Shown: positions 52,122 through 61,718 of the stretch, one piece after another | Layout of the letters: the number at the start of each line of letters is the position of its first letter | Position numbering within the stretch: the first letter of the stretch is position 1 | Assembly: GCA_963845065.1 (NCBI GenBank) | Contig: CAWJQQ010000005.1 | Span: 353,542-417,541, forward strand | From: Nitrospirota bacterium | Lineage (GTDB): Bacteria; Nitrospirota; UBA9217 | DNA: 64,000 bases | Reading direction: 5' to 3' | Position numbers and translations under genes: made by a program | The notes under the pieces: generated by a model | Database searches by the model: none | Seen by the model: the letters and a program-made list of their open reading frames with translations, nothing else | What the model was told of the DNA's origin: nothing

Positions 52122-52203
52122 GCAGAGTGAATCTACCATGAAGTCACAAAGACACAAATTAATGACCAGACGTTCTTACGTGTCTTAGTGGCAAATATTG
52201 ACT

Positions 52204-52620
52204 ATGAAAAGTTACCGTAAAGAACTCTGGTTCAACATTCCGTCCCGCAGAGGTTTCATCAACATCACCCCACAAGTTGAGGACTGCCTCTACGAGAGTG
52301 GGGTCCGGGAAGGCTTGGTGCTCGTGAACGCAATGCATATCACCGCTTCAGTGTTCATCAATGACGACGAACGCGGCCTCTTGAACGATTTCGAAGTCTG
52401 GCTCGAAAAGCTCGCGCCCCACGAACCAATCTTGCAATATCGGCATAATACCGGCGAGGACAACGCTGACGCCCACCTCAAGCGCTCCGTCATGGGCCGT
52501 GAAGTGATCGTAGCCATCACGAAGGGCAAGCTCGATTTCGGCACTTGGGAGCAGATCTTTTACGGTGAGTTCGATGGAAGACGGAAGAAGCGTGTGCTCG
52601 TCAAGATCATAGGGGAGTAG
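52204..52620 (+). CDS. yjbQ: YjbQ/UPF0047 family protein
   Basis: [25 protein letters not shown]. Confidence 0.92.
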   Translation: MKSYRKELWFNIPSRRGFINITPQVEDCLYESGVREGLVLVNAMHITASVFINDDERGLLNDFEVWLEKLAPHEPILQYRHNTGEDNADAHLKRSVMGREVIVAITKGKLDFGTWEQIFYGEFDGRRKKRVLVKIIGE

Positions 52621-52798
52621 AGCTTAGGATCACCTTTCCTGTTCTTAACACTCCAACGCATAAGCGATGAGTAATTATTGTGTAAAATTACTTGAATGCC
52701 ATGGCGATGACTTGGGGAACACGATGATTTTTCTTTGGGCAGGTACAAAAAAATATACATCATGAGATCGAATTATACAAGAAGCCTGCAAAGAAATG

Positions 52799-53071
52799 CT
52801 ACTTGAACACTATAGCGGGATGCAGTTGGGCCGTTTCGAACGTGATGAGTCCTGCTTGTGCGAGTGGGTCCTGGTCTACGATCTTTTCCGCTTCTGACAT
52901 GCTCTCCGCCCTGATGATAATCATGCCGCCCCTTTCGCCCCACTTGCCCGCCTGCACCAGAATCCCTGCTGCAAGCTGCTGCCTTGTCCACTCGCGGTGC
53001 TTGGGTATCACCTTATTGATCTGCGTTCGGTCTGTATCCTGTTTGAATTTGTTTATGGACATAAAATACAT
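52799..53071 (-). CDS. YciI/YCII-related protein
   Basis: HREW, GGMIII, DQDPL; GGAGG RBS. Confidence 0.8.
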   Translation of the reverse strand: MYFMSINKFKQDTDRTQINKVIPKHREWTRQQLAAGILVQAGKWGERGGMIIIRAESMSEAEKIVDQDPLAQAGLITFETAQLHPAIVFK

Positions 53072-53339
53072 AGCGTGGCCTCCAGCCGAAATCAAAGAAT
53101 AAACCTTTGACAGCGATCAAAGTTGATAAAGGCTAAGATAAACGGCGTATAACTTCAGAGATAGTGCCATGGTTTCTCATAACAAAAATCAACTTTTATC
53201 CGCTTCAAAGATTCTTTTCCTACTATTTTTAAGATCAGCGCGAATATGTCTAGTCCTGAGAAGACATACCCTATTCGCCATCTAGGCAGGTTAGGAAAAC
53301 AGCGCGGGCAACCACACGTACTTTAGTGGCGGGAGTGCG

Positions 53340-53633
53340 TCAACAGCAGCTTCCTGAGTCACTCTCGCTGCACCCGCACGTCGGTTCACTGCCTGTAAGC
53401 AGGCCGGTAATGATCGCCGCGGCACAGCCCACGCCGGCATTGACCGAGAGCGCGCCGAAATCGCAGTTCTTGGCGCAGGCTCCGCATTCCATGCACAGAT
53501 CGCTGTCAGTGATTATGGCGCGCTTGTCGCGCATCACGAACACGCCCCGCGGGCATACTTCGACGCACCTGCCGCATCCGGCGCACTTCTCGGATGAATA
53601 CTGAAGCGTTGTAGTGTTCAAGAGGTACTTCAT
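53340..53633 (-). CDS. hgcB: Mercury methylation ferredoxin HgcB
   Basis: CAGCGRCVEVC and CMECGACAKNC; GVGCAAA; terminal vicinal CC; ATGA overlap with hgcA. Confidence 0.95.
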   Translation of the reverse strand: MKYLLNTTTLQYSSEKCAGCGRCVEVCPRGVFVMRDKRAIITDSDLCMECGACAKNCDFGALSVNAGVGCAAAIITGLLTGSEPTCGCSESDSGSCC

Positions 53634-54718
53634 AGGAAACCCCATTCCCTAATCTTGTATATCACGAGGAGAACCAGCGAAATGCCTGCCGCTGATAAAT
53701 ATAGAGGAATTCCGATCTTTAATTCCTTCTTGACACCCGACATGCCGGTAAAGGTTGTTGAGCCGGTGAACTGGAGAGCGATGTAAGAGCTCATAGCAGG
53801 GAAGAATAGCCACGACGCAACTAGCAGCAGGATTTCACCCCTGACAGCCGGCCCGAAATGCGGCTCAATTGCTGCCATAGACAGTAGGCCTATGATCCAT
53901 CCCTTGATCGCGAACGAGCGGGACGGGGCAAAAGGAAGCAGCACCGGGGTAAGGAACGCACCTGCAAATATGGTGATGAGCCCGAGAGCGAGAAAAGGCA
54001 TACCTCCGGACCATGCGTTTTTAAAAAGTATACCCGATGGTTCAAGTCCGAACAAGATGAGCATTCCGCCGGCAAACCAGGGAAACTTTTTAATCGCAGG
54101 ATTGATTTCCATGGGCGTAAGAATGATGCGGTCCATCATGGGGAAGCGGATCGTGCTCATTTCCCTTGTCTTCTTATAACCTGCTTCAACATAAGAAGGA
54201 ATGTCTTTTGCCTGAACAGGGCCGAAGTAGACCCGAAAACCAGTCTTCTTCTGGACTTCTGCACCGTTCACGCCGACAGCACCGAGCTGGGGCACAATGA
54301 TCCTCCGGTGAGCGACCACCAAATCAAGTTTCGTTGCCGACATGCGGCTGATCAGCTCATTAGTGCTGAAGGTCCCTTTGCCAGCCGCGCACCAGACGTT
54401 GATGCTCTTGGTGTCGAGCACGAGTACCCAGGCATTGAGCCCTTTCAATTCACGCCGGAGGATGTCGAAGCTCAGCTTGTAATTTGCTGAAACGAAGACA
54501 TCGGAACCCATAGTTGGTTCACCCACAGCATAAAGTCCGGGCGCTACGGAATAGTTCATGCGGAAGGCGCCGACCCGGCTTTTGATCATGCCCCAATAGT
54601 CCGCGCGTGACCAGTCGGATGAGATACGAAACACGCTACCGGCAGTCGTACTCATTGTGCCCGATGCATAGGAAGGTACTTCTTTTTTTACAAATTTTAG
54701 TATCTGCACGGTCTGCAT
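53630..54718 (-). CDS. hgcA: Mercury methylation corrinoid protein HgcA
   Basis: Cap-helix NVWCAAGKG; PGLYAVG; SANYKLSFD; C-terminal TM helices; FTGSTTFT. Confidence 0.97.
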   Translation of the reverse strand: MQTVQILKFVKKEVPSYASGTMSTTAGSVFRISSDWSRADYWGMIKSRVGAFRMNYSVAPGLYAVGEPTMGSDVFVSANYKLSFDILRRELKGLNAWVLVLDTKSINVWCAAGKGTFSTNELISRMSATKLDLVVAHRRIIVPQLGAVGVNGAEVQKKTGFRVYFGPVQAKDIPSYVEAGYKKTREMSTIRFPMMDRIILTPMEINPAIKKFPWFAGGMLILFGLEPSGILFKNAWSGGMPFLALGLITIFAGAFLTPVLLPFAPSRSFAIKGWIIGLLSMAAIEPHFGPAVRGEILLLVASWLFFPAMSSYIALQFTGSTTFTGMSGVKKELKIGIPLYLSAAGISLVLLVIYKIREWGFL

Positions 54719-54842
54719 AGGATCACCTTACCTAGACGCAACAAGATCTTAATTATATTACTACGAATCTTTTATCAATCGCGATATTTGGTTTACAGCC
54801 TGAAAGCCATTAATGAGCGTCCTGGGATGAAATATCAGAGAC

Positions 54843-54902
54843 CCACACCAGAGCCAAATACCGGTCCAAAATTGAAAGCTTTCTCACGTGTCAGCCGTTC
54901 AT
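54843..54902 (-). pseudogene. acr3: 5' remnant of an Acr3-type arsenite efflux gene
   Basis: GGAG RBS then MNG*HVRKLSILDRYLALVW, resembling the Acr3 N-terminal LSxLDRYLxxW motif. Confidence 0.6.
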
Positions 54903-54918
54903 AGATGACTCCACAGTT

Positions 54919-55203
54919 TCATTTGTTGAGGATATCTCCCATTACTGGCCCGAGAATGCCCTTGACCATGGTTTCTAGGTTGTCTGCTTTGATGAGAGCG
55001 ATGCAGCAGATTTCCCCATCTTTTTCCCAGCTTGTCACGGCAAGCTTGTCGCCGGCCTTGATACCTGCTTTTTCGCGAAGTTCCTTGGGCAAGACCATCT
55101 GACCTCGCTCGTCAACGGTGACCAGCGCTTCGACTGCGCAGCAGCTTGCGCCCTTACCGACCGGTCCGCGCACGGGTATTTTTACTTTTTTAGTCGTTAT
55201 CAT
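54919..55203 (-). CDS. hgcC: AbrB-fold, Cys-pair protein (hgcAB-associated, HgcC-like)
   Basis: SCCAVEALVTVDERGQMVLPKELREKAGIKAGD...ICCIALIK. Confidence 0.8.
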   Translation of the reverse strand: MITTKKVKIPVRGPVGKGASCCAVEALVTVDERGQMVLPKELREKAGIKAGDKLAVTSWEKDGEICCIALIKADNLETMVKGILGPVMGDILNK

Positions 55204-55216
55204 GGCTTTTCCGGAA

Positions 55217-55277
55217 AATCTGTACAATCAGATTAATCAGATAGGTAAGATATACCTAAAATGGAGCATATTGTCAA
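55217..55277 (-). promoter_or_regulatory. Sigma70 promoter and candidate operator for the hgc cluster
   Basis: TTGACA (55272-55277), 17 bp, TATATC; inverted repeat AATCTG-N6-CAGATT (55217-55234) plus direct repeat AATCAGAT x2. Confidence 0.55.
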
Positions 55278-55425
55278 GTGTATTGATGCTAATGAGGTGC
55301 AAGTTTAAAACGTAAAGGCTTTACAGACTAAAAAATTTACATGCGAAGCAGTCAGGAGCCAAAGTTGACTCACTTAGATATGCAGAGGATTCGCAGCTTT
55401 GAAAGCATATATAGCCTATCACTAC

Positions 55426-55466
55426 CGAACTATCTACGGAAAGCCCAAAATTTTGGTAGTGTTCAG
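55426..55466 (+). repeat. Degenerate 41-bp left-end/right-end mini-element
   Basis: CTAC|CGAACTATCTACGG-AAAG-CCCAAAATTTTGG-TAGTGTTCAG. Confidence 0.5.
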
Positions 55467-56055
55467 GCGCTGTATTTATGCCTGCAAGAAAAGCATTCTG
55501 AACATTTTTAAAGAGGACATTTTTCTTGACACTCATCAGGCAATACCATACCCTTGCTGAAGCCATATTATTCGGGAAAAAGTCCGCAGCCAGAACGCAC
55601 TCATGACATGCCATAGGCTTTTCCTGCTCAACGAATCCTTACAATTGTGGGTTATAATGCGTAGCGCACACGGCTGCACGAATTGAAGGCAATGCAGTAT
55701 TCATTGGAGACCCACGGTGGACAATGGACGAATGGAGGCATTCAGCGATGGTGTGATCGCTATTCTCATCACCATTATTGTGCTTGAACTGAAAGTGCCG
55801 CATGACGCTGGATTGGACGCACTCGTTCCCCTGGCACCGGTATTTCTAAGTTATGTGGTTATGTGCTTAGCTTCGTGTATCTGGGCATCTACTGGAACAA
55901 CCATCGCCACCTTCTCCAGGCAATCAAAAACGTTGATGGCCGGGCGCTCTGGGCGAACCTGCATCTTTTGTTTTGGCTGTCGCTCGTCCCCTTTGTGACC
56001 GGCTGGACAGGCGAGATTGACATCCTCCCCGGCCTCTCGGAGGGGGATTCCCGAA

Positions 56056-57381
56056 TCAGGCTCTCATACTACTGAGAGCCACTGCTGATTCTGTTTTCGG
56101 ATGCGGCAGAGAAGTTTGCCACGTTCCCGGTTCATGGGCTGATGTTGCTGGCCTGGTATTTCTCCAGGCGAACCGGTTGACCGAAGGCTGTGCCAAACAG
56201 CCACTACTCCAGGAGACACTTAGTTGTTCCGGGGGATACTTTTTAAGAATGTTGATTGCTCCGTTCACGTCAGCATGGATTACGGCGCCGCAATGCTTGC
56301 AAACGTAGAGGCCACGATGCACACGGCTGGCCTTATCCCTTGTGTTGCATACACAGCAGGTCTGGCTCGTGTAGTGCCCCTTTTCTCCTACAACGCGGAT
56401 GCCTTTGAGTCTGGCTTTGTACGTGAGCATCCTGACGATCCGGTCAAACGGCCATTTATGGAACTGCTGGTTTCCGCTCTTTCCCCAATCTTTGCCTTCT
56501 CCGATGTCCTTCAGGTCCCCCACGATGATCGTGGAGACACCGCGAGCTTCTGCATCGCGGACAAGAGATTTGGTAAAGCTGTGGAGCAGGTGGAAACGCT
56601 GACGAGACCGTTTCTGGTTCAACGCACCTGATTTCCGGGACTTGCTGTTGGTCGTCTTTGACTTTTGCATTTCAAAGTACCGCTCAAGAGCGGCCAACTT
56701 ACCGCCTGGCCAAAGGGATGTGCTTCCATCCGTGCATGCCGTGGCGGCCAGATACTTCATACCCAAGTCAAGTGCCATCATTTCCCCTTCTCCTTTCAAT
56801 ACGGGGAGCGTTATCTTATAGACCAGGTGGACAAACCACGTGCCGTTGTCATAGACCAGACGGCCTATCTGGACATTGTCCTCGATAAGACGGGTGCCTT
56901 CAGGAAGGCGGAGCTTCAGAAAGAGAAATTGTTTACCGTAGATGTCCTTCGGGATACTGAGGCGCACCGTCGATGTACGGGCGTTCCACGTGACGGCTCT
57001 TTGTTTGAATGTCACCGTTGACAGATCGGCTTTTCGCCTGAAACCAGGGGGGTTGGCTTTCCTATCTCCTTTATTACGGAGCGCAAACCATGATTGATAG
57101 GACTGCCGAAGCTCTTCAAGGATTGCCTGAGAGCTCTGGGAGTGCAGCCGGCGATACCAGAGCGGATGCTCTTGTTTAAGAGCGACATCGAGCTCGGGGT
57201 AGGTAGGGATTTTCCCTGTGTCCATCCAGACGTTCCTGGTATGCCACACAGCGGTGTTCCAAAGCTTCGTTGCGGAAAAACCAAGCAGCCCGAGCGACAG
57301 AGCTGTGCTGTCGTCCGTTACCAATGCTTTACCAACGACAGTCATGGTTTGTACAGAGGAATCTTGGGCTGAATCAGACAT
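56056..57381 (-). CDS. tnpB: TnpB RNA-guided endonuclease
   Basis: PPGFRRK, ALDLG, IIVGDL, YTSQTCCVC...CKHC, HADVNGAINI; uninterrupted ORF (start 57381 or 57417). Confidence 0.9.
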   Translation of the reverse strand: MSDSAQDSSVQTMTVVGKALVTDDSTALSLGLLGFSATKLWNTAVWHTRNVWMDTGKIPTYPELDVALKQEHPLWYRRLHSQSSQAILEELRQSYQSWFALRNKGDRKANPPGFRRKADLSTVTFKQRAVTWNARTSTVRLSIPKDIYGKQFLFLKLRLPEGTRLIEDNVQIGRLVYDNGTWFVHLVYKITLPVLKGEGEMMALDLGMKYLAATACTDGSTSLWPGGKLAALERYFEMQKSKTTNSKSRKSGALNQKRSRQRFHLLHSFTKSLVRDAEARGVSTIIVGDLKDIGEGKDWGKSGNQQFHKWPFDRIVRMLTYKARLKGIRVVGEKGHYTSQTCCVCNTRDKASRVHRGLYVCKHCGAVIHADVNGAINILKKYPPEQLSVSWSSGCLAQPSVNRFAWRNTRPATSAHEPGTWQTSLPHPKTESAVALSSMRA

Positions 57382-57483
57382 GAACGCAATTATATCAGGC
57401 AGGTGAACTTTTGTCAATGTCTGATCAGGAACAGCAATTCCTTGTGCGCTTCGCTACAAGCGCCTTATATCCCCGGCCTCTGG

Positions 57484-57579
57484 AGGTTGTCCGACAATCC
57501 AAATTTTGGCAAATTGGCGAACGTAAATTCAAATAGATACGAAAAAAAACCCACAAGAAAAGTTATTGTCGGACGGCCT
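57484..57579. mobile_element. 96-bp MITE inserted in the left-end hairpin of the tnpB element
   Basis: TIRs AGGTTGTCCGACAAT / ATTGTCGGACGGCCT split the CCCCGGCC...GGCCGGGG hairpin. Confidence 0.65.
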
Positions 57580-58489
57580 ATCTCGGCCGGGGTCATACGG
57601 CGCATTGAGATAAATTCGCCCCATGGCCAGTAGCGCTTTATGGCACAGTCCTCCTTTTTTTGCTGCAATCGCCTGCTTTATCATCACGCAGGTCCTTATA
57701 GCACTCCATGGCAGGGAATCTGTGCTGGCGACAGCGCTCGGCCGGGACTTCAAAGGCAAAATATCGGTAGCTATCTATGCTGCGGAGATTCCTTTTGCAT
57801 TTGTGAGTTCGTGGCTTGCATTTGGGATATATGTTCTTGTTGCAATCATATGGCTGGTCCCGGATCGTCGTATCGAGAAGATCCTGACCCAGTGATGTGC
57901 GTAAAGACTTTATTACACTCTCTGCCTGAACGTGTAGAAATTGGCAATATAGGGAATATCCTTTCTGCCGTCAAGATATCTCTGGCTATTGTGTTTTCCC
58001 CACATGAAAGTTTGGAGCCGAATCTTTTTTCTTTAAAAGAACAAGAACGATCTCAGTTATAGACCGTTTGATGAACGTTGCAGTACCCGCAATGACACCT
58101 ATTACCAGATTCCACTCTGGATACAAGACAAGCAGGAGCAACAAGCAAATATTTTCAATGCTGTCTGCCAATACTATGCCGAGCAGCAGCAGATTGGCCC
58201 TAATCCGGGTAAAAGAGAGGCCGAAATGGGTGCTCGCTATACGTGTCAACAATAGGGAAAACCAAACGGAACCAGCGGTACGAAATGTGCAGCAAAACAC
58301 CGCTAGTACCTTTTGCCCAATCTTGACATATGGGCAATGAAGCGCTAGTCTTATTTCATAATTCTCGCCTCTGCAGTCGTCCTGAGGCAAAATATCACAA
58401 TCAAATGCATAAGTTCGCAGTTTAATCTGAAGCGTACCGGCATTCATCGCTCAACATATCAATTTTATTATCTGGACAAGGAGAGCGGC

Positions 58490-59134
58490 ATGAAGAACGA
58501 AAGAAATGAAGATAAAAAAGATGACGCCGAAAACAAAGAGCCCTCGCAAGGGCTGACACGCCGTAGCTTTCTGACAACCATAGGGGCCGGAGCCATGACC
58601 CTCGCAGTCTCGGACAAACTCCATGCAACGCCTGGTGCAGATGCGGAGATGACCGAGCGAGGAGAGATGACGAAAGTAGTGCTGCACATCAACGCCCGCA
58701 AATACCGTCTACTCGTGGAGCCACGCTGGTCGCTGCTGTATGTGCTTCGCGAACAGTTGGGTCTGACGGGAACGAAAGTCGGGTGCGAGCGCGGCGAATG
58801 CGGTTCCTGCACCGTGCTCATCGACGATTTCCCGCGGTATGCATGCATGACCCTTGCAGTTGAGGCCGAGGGAGCGAAGATCACTACGCTCGAAGGTCTC
58901 ATGAAAGGCGAGGAACTCGGGCCTGTACAGCAGGCCTTCTTGGAGCAGGACGCTATTCAATGTGGCTATTGCACACCAGGCCAGATCATGGCCGTCGAGG
59001 GGCTTCTGCGAAAAACCCCCCACCCTTCGATAGAAGAGATCCGGAATGGCATGAGTGGCAACCTCTGCCGATGCGGTACCTATAAGCATATTATCAATGC
59101 GGCAAAGAAAGCTGCTGAGCTGAAGAGGTCATAA
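58490..59134 (+). CDS. Molybdoenzyme 2Fe-2S subunit with Tat signal (PaoA/YagT-like)
   Basis: TRRSFL; GCERGECGSC; QCGYC; NLCRC. Confidence 0.93.
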   Translation: MKNERNEDKKDDAENKEPSQGLTRRSFLTTIGAGAMTLAVSDKLHATPGADAEMTERGEMTKVVLHINARKYRLLVEPRWSLLYVLREQLGLTGTKVGCERGECGSCTVLIDDFPRYACMTLAVEAEGAKITTLEGLMKGEELGPVQQAFLEQDAIQCGYCTPGQIMAVEGLLRKTPHPSIEEIRNGMSGNLCRCGTYKHIINAAKKAAELKRS

Positions 59135-59236
59135 AAATACATGTTCACAGAGGTCACTGAGTAGGGAAATCAGAATATCGCCTAAATCAACCTTGTGTTC
59201 CTTAGTTCACGTTGCCATACCGCTGTGAGGTGAAGT

Positions 59237-61558
59237 ATGAAAGAGGACGACAAAGAACTCTATTTCGCGCAGAACATGCCCGTACCGGAAACTCCACTGC
59301 CCGCCAAAGGAGTGAAACCCTGGCAAAGTACAAAGGTGGTGGGTAAACCGATGCCGCGTGTAGATGCTTACGAGCGCGTGAGCGGGAAGGCAGTCTATCC
59401 CTCGGACGTGATCCTGTCCGACATGCTTTATGCCGCTATTCTTCGCTGCCCCCACTCCAGTGCCATTGTGAAGGACGTGGACACAAAAGAGGCAGAGAAA
59501 ATGACCGGCGTCCGCGCCGTGCTGACGGGAGCAAACACGGAATCCGACATCATGTGGCCCTGGTCGCCTGATGTGAAGACTAAGCTCTTTGATTCTCAAT
59601 GCCGCTTCGAAGGAGAAGTTGTTGCCGCAGTAGCTGCAGAGACATTGTACCAGGCATGGGATGCTGTCCGTGCCATCAAGGTGAAGTACGAAGTCCTGCC
59701 CTTCGTGTCTGATGAGAGAAAAGCACTCGATGCAGAGGCAGCCCAGGTCCATAAGAGAGGCAATAAGATTAAATCAGACAAATACGAGCGCGGTGATGTG
59801 ACGAAAGGGTTCGCCGAGGCCGATGTGGTGTTTGAACAGACTTACCGGAATGAGTGCGAGATCCATACTCCCCAGGAACTACACGGCGGCGTTGTAAAAT
59901 GGGACGGCGAGAGCCTCACGATCTGGGAGTCTACACAAGGTGTGTTTGCAATCCAGGCGCGTGTGGCGGAAATACTGCATCTGCCGCTTTCGAGAGTCCG
60001 GGTGATCGGGCATTATATGGGAGGCGGCTTCGGCAGCAAGCTGCAGGCTGACAAATCAACTATCATCGCGGCATTGCTCGCCAAGAAGACAGCCCGTCCG
60101 GTCAAGATGGTCTTGTCACGCGAAGAGACCTTCATTGCTGTAGGCAATCGGCCACCGGGAACAATGAAACTAAAAGCAGGGGTGAAGAAGGACGGGACTC
60201 TGACCGCCCTTGAGTTCAGCGGCATCGGCAGCAGCGGCGCCTATCCTGCAGGCGGCACGGCACTCATGGATTGGCTGGTACGCGATCTTTACCTTTGCCC
60301 CAACGTACGCACCGAGACGACGGATGTGTACATCAACGCCGGACCTGCTCGGGCCTTCCGTGCTCCGGGGCACCCACAGGGCGCTTGGGCGCTTGAGCAA
60401 ATGCTCGATAGTTTGGCCGAGGCGATTAAGATGGATCCTGTTGATTTACGGCTTAAGAACATCCCTGCCTTTAGCCAGGCGCGGCCTGGCAACCCGCCCT
60501 ATACCACGACCGGCTTGCGGGAGTGCCTTGAAAAAGGAGCAGCAGCCTTCGGATGGAACGATGCGCGAAATAAACTTGCCGAGACGCCTCCGTCCGGTCA
60601 TATCAGGAGAGGGGTGGGGGTGGCGAGCGCACTCTGGTTTGCTGGCGGGGGCAATCCTCCTTCTACGGTGATCGTGAAGCTTTTCTCCGATGGCAGCGCG
60701 AATCTCAATATGGGCGCGAGCGACATTGGCACGGGCACGAAAACCATTATGGCTATGATAGTAGCTGAGGAACTTGGCGTGAAGCCGGAGGCGCTCCAGA
60801 TCGAGAATGCCGACACGGGAACGACGCAGTATGCAACGCCGAGCGGAGGCAGCAAGACCGTACCTACGGAGGCGCCGACGGTACGCGCTGCTGCGCTTAG
60901 TGTAAAACAGCAGCTCTTTGATCTGGCAGCCCAGGACCTGAAAGCCAATGCTGGTGACCTGGAGCTGATTGAGGGTGAGGTCGTGTATACTCTGGATCCG
61001 TCAAAGAAGATCAAAATTTCGAGCGTTACAGGTCTGAAGAAGCGCGGCATGATCGTGGGAGTCGGATACCGCGGCCCGAATCCCGAGGGCAAGGTGGTGA
61101 ACCCCTTTGCAGCTCAGTTCTGCGAAGTTGAGGCGAACATGAAGACCGGCGAAGTAAAGATCATCAAATTCCTGGCAACCCATGACAGCGGAAGAGTGAT
61201 GAACCGGCTGACATTCGACAACCATGTCTTCGGCGGCATCACCATGGGCATCGGTTTCGGCATGACCGAGGCGCGGGTCCTTGATAAGAACCAAACCGGC
61301 AAGATGATGAACAAGAACTGGCACGAGTACAAACTGCCGACGATGCTCGATGTTCCCGCCGACATGACATCGTTGCCGATTGAATTGCCGGACAACGAGG
61401 CTAATATCGCAGGCGCAAAGGGTCTGGGTGAACCCGTCACGATACCGACGGCAGCGGCCATTGCCAATGCAGTGTATCATGCAACGGGTGTTCGCGTTAA
61501 CGAAACGCCCATGAGCCTGGTTCGGCTTGTCAAAATGTTTGCGGAAGCGAAGAAGTAA
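59237..61558 (+). CDS. Xanthine dehydrogenase-family molybdopterin subunit (PaoC/YagR-like)
   Basis: GGGFGSK, AFRAPGHPQG, DIGTG, SGGS, AKGLGE. Confidence 0.93.
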   Translation: MKEDDKELYFAQNMPVPETPLPAKGVKPWQSTKVVGKPMPRVDAYERVSGKAVYPSDVILSDMLYAAILRCPHSSAIVKDVDTKEAEKMTGVRAVLTGANTESDIMWPWSPDVKTKLFDSQCRFEGEVVAAVAAETLYQAWDAVRAIKVKYEVLPFVSDERKALDAEAAQVHKRGNKIKSDKYERGDVTKGFAEADVVFEQTYRNECEIHTPQELHGGVVKWDGESLTIWESTQGVFAIQARVAEILHLPLSRVRVIGHYMGGGFGSKLQADKSTIIAALLAKKTARPVKMVLSREETFIAVGNRPPGTMKLKAGVKKDGTLTALEFSGIGSSGAYPAGGTALMDWLVRDLYLCPNVRTETTDVYINAGPARAFRAPGHPQGAWALEQMLDSLAEAIKMDPVDLRLKNIPAFSQARPGNPPYTTTGLRECLEKGAAAFGWNDARNKLAETPPSGHIRRGVGVASALWFAGGGNPPSTVIVKLFSDGSANLNMGASDIGTGTKTIMAMIVAEELGVKPEALQIENADTGTTQYATPSGGSKTVPTEAPTVRAAALSVKQQLFDLAAQDLKANAGDLELIEGEVVYTLDPSKKIKISSVTGLKKRGMIVGVGYRGPNPEGKVVNPFAAQFCEVEANMKTGEVKIIKFLATHDSGRVMNRLTFDNHVFGGITMGIGFGMTEARVLDKNQTGKMMNKNWHEYKLPTMLDVPADMTSLPIELPDNEANIAGAKGLGEPVTIPTAAAIANAVYHATGVRVNETPMSLVRLVKMFAEAKK

Positions 61559-61718
61559 GACAGCTTTGGCCACAAAGGACGCAGAGTAAAGGTTCCAGTC
61601 TAGCTGCTGAAAAAGGGAAAATGCAGGAAGAGGTTACCGTCCCAGACGATGTTTTCTTCGCTCTTTTCGCTACGTGGTGGTGATGAATTTAGCTTGTTAT
61701 TTTGCGGAGGTACTCGCC

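Larger units (their letters stand above)
56017..57609 (-). mobile_element. IS200/IS605 (IS1341-like) tnpB-only element inserted after TTTAT
   Basis: Removing 56017-57609 restores GGC GAG A|AT AAA TTC GCC CCA TGG (GENKFAPW); RE GAATCCCCCTCCGAGAGGCCGGGGAGGATGTCAA; no target duplication. Confidence 0.92.
55717..57895 (+). pseudogene. TMEM175-family potassium channel, disrupted
   Basis: RMEAFSDGVIAI; YWNNH; PDRRIE. Disrupted by an 8-bp duplication (55850-55865), an IS insertion (56017-57609) and a poly-T frameshift near 57655. Confidence 0.92.

Noticed and set aside
54718..54760. Selenocysteine-containing N-terminal extension of HgcA
   Set aside because: An in-frame TAA lies four codons upstream of the ATG, there is no in-frame Cys-TGA, and a good RBS precedes 54718.
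57986..58447. 153-aa minus-strand ORF
   Set aside because: Only the central ADSIEN...YP segment looks like a membrane protein fragment; there is no credible start, so it was not called as a gene.
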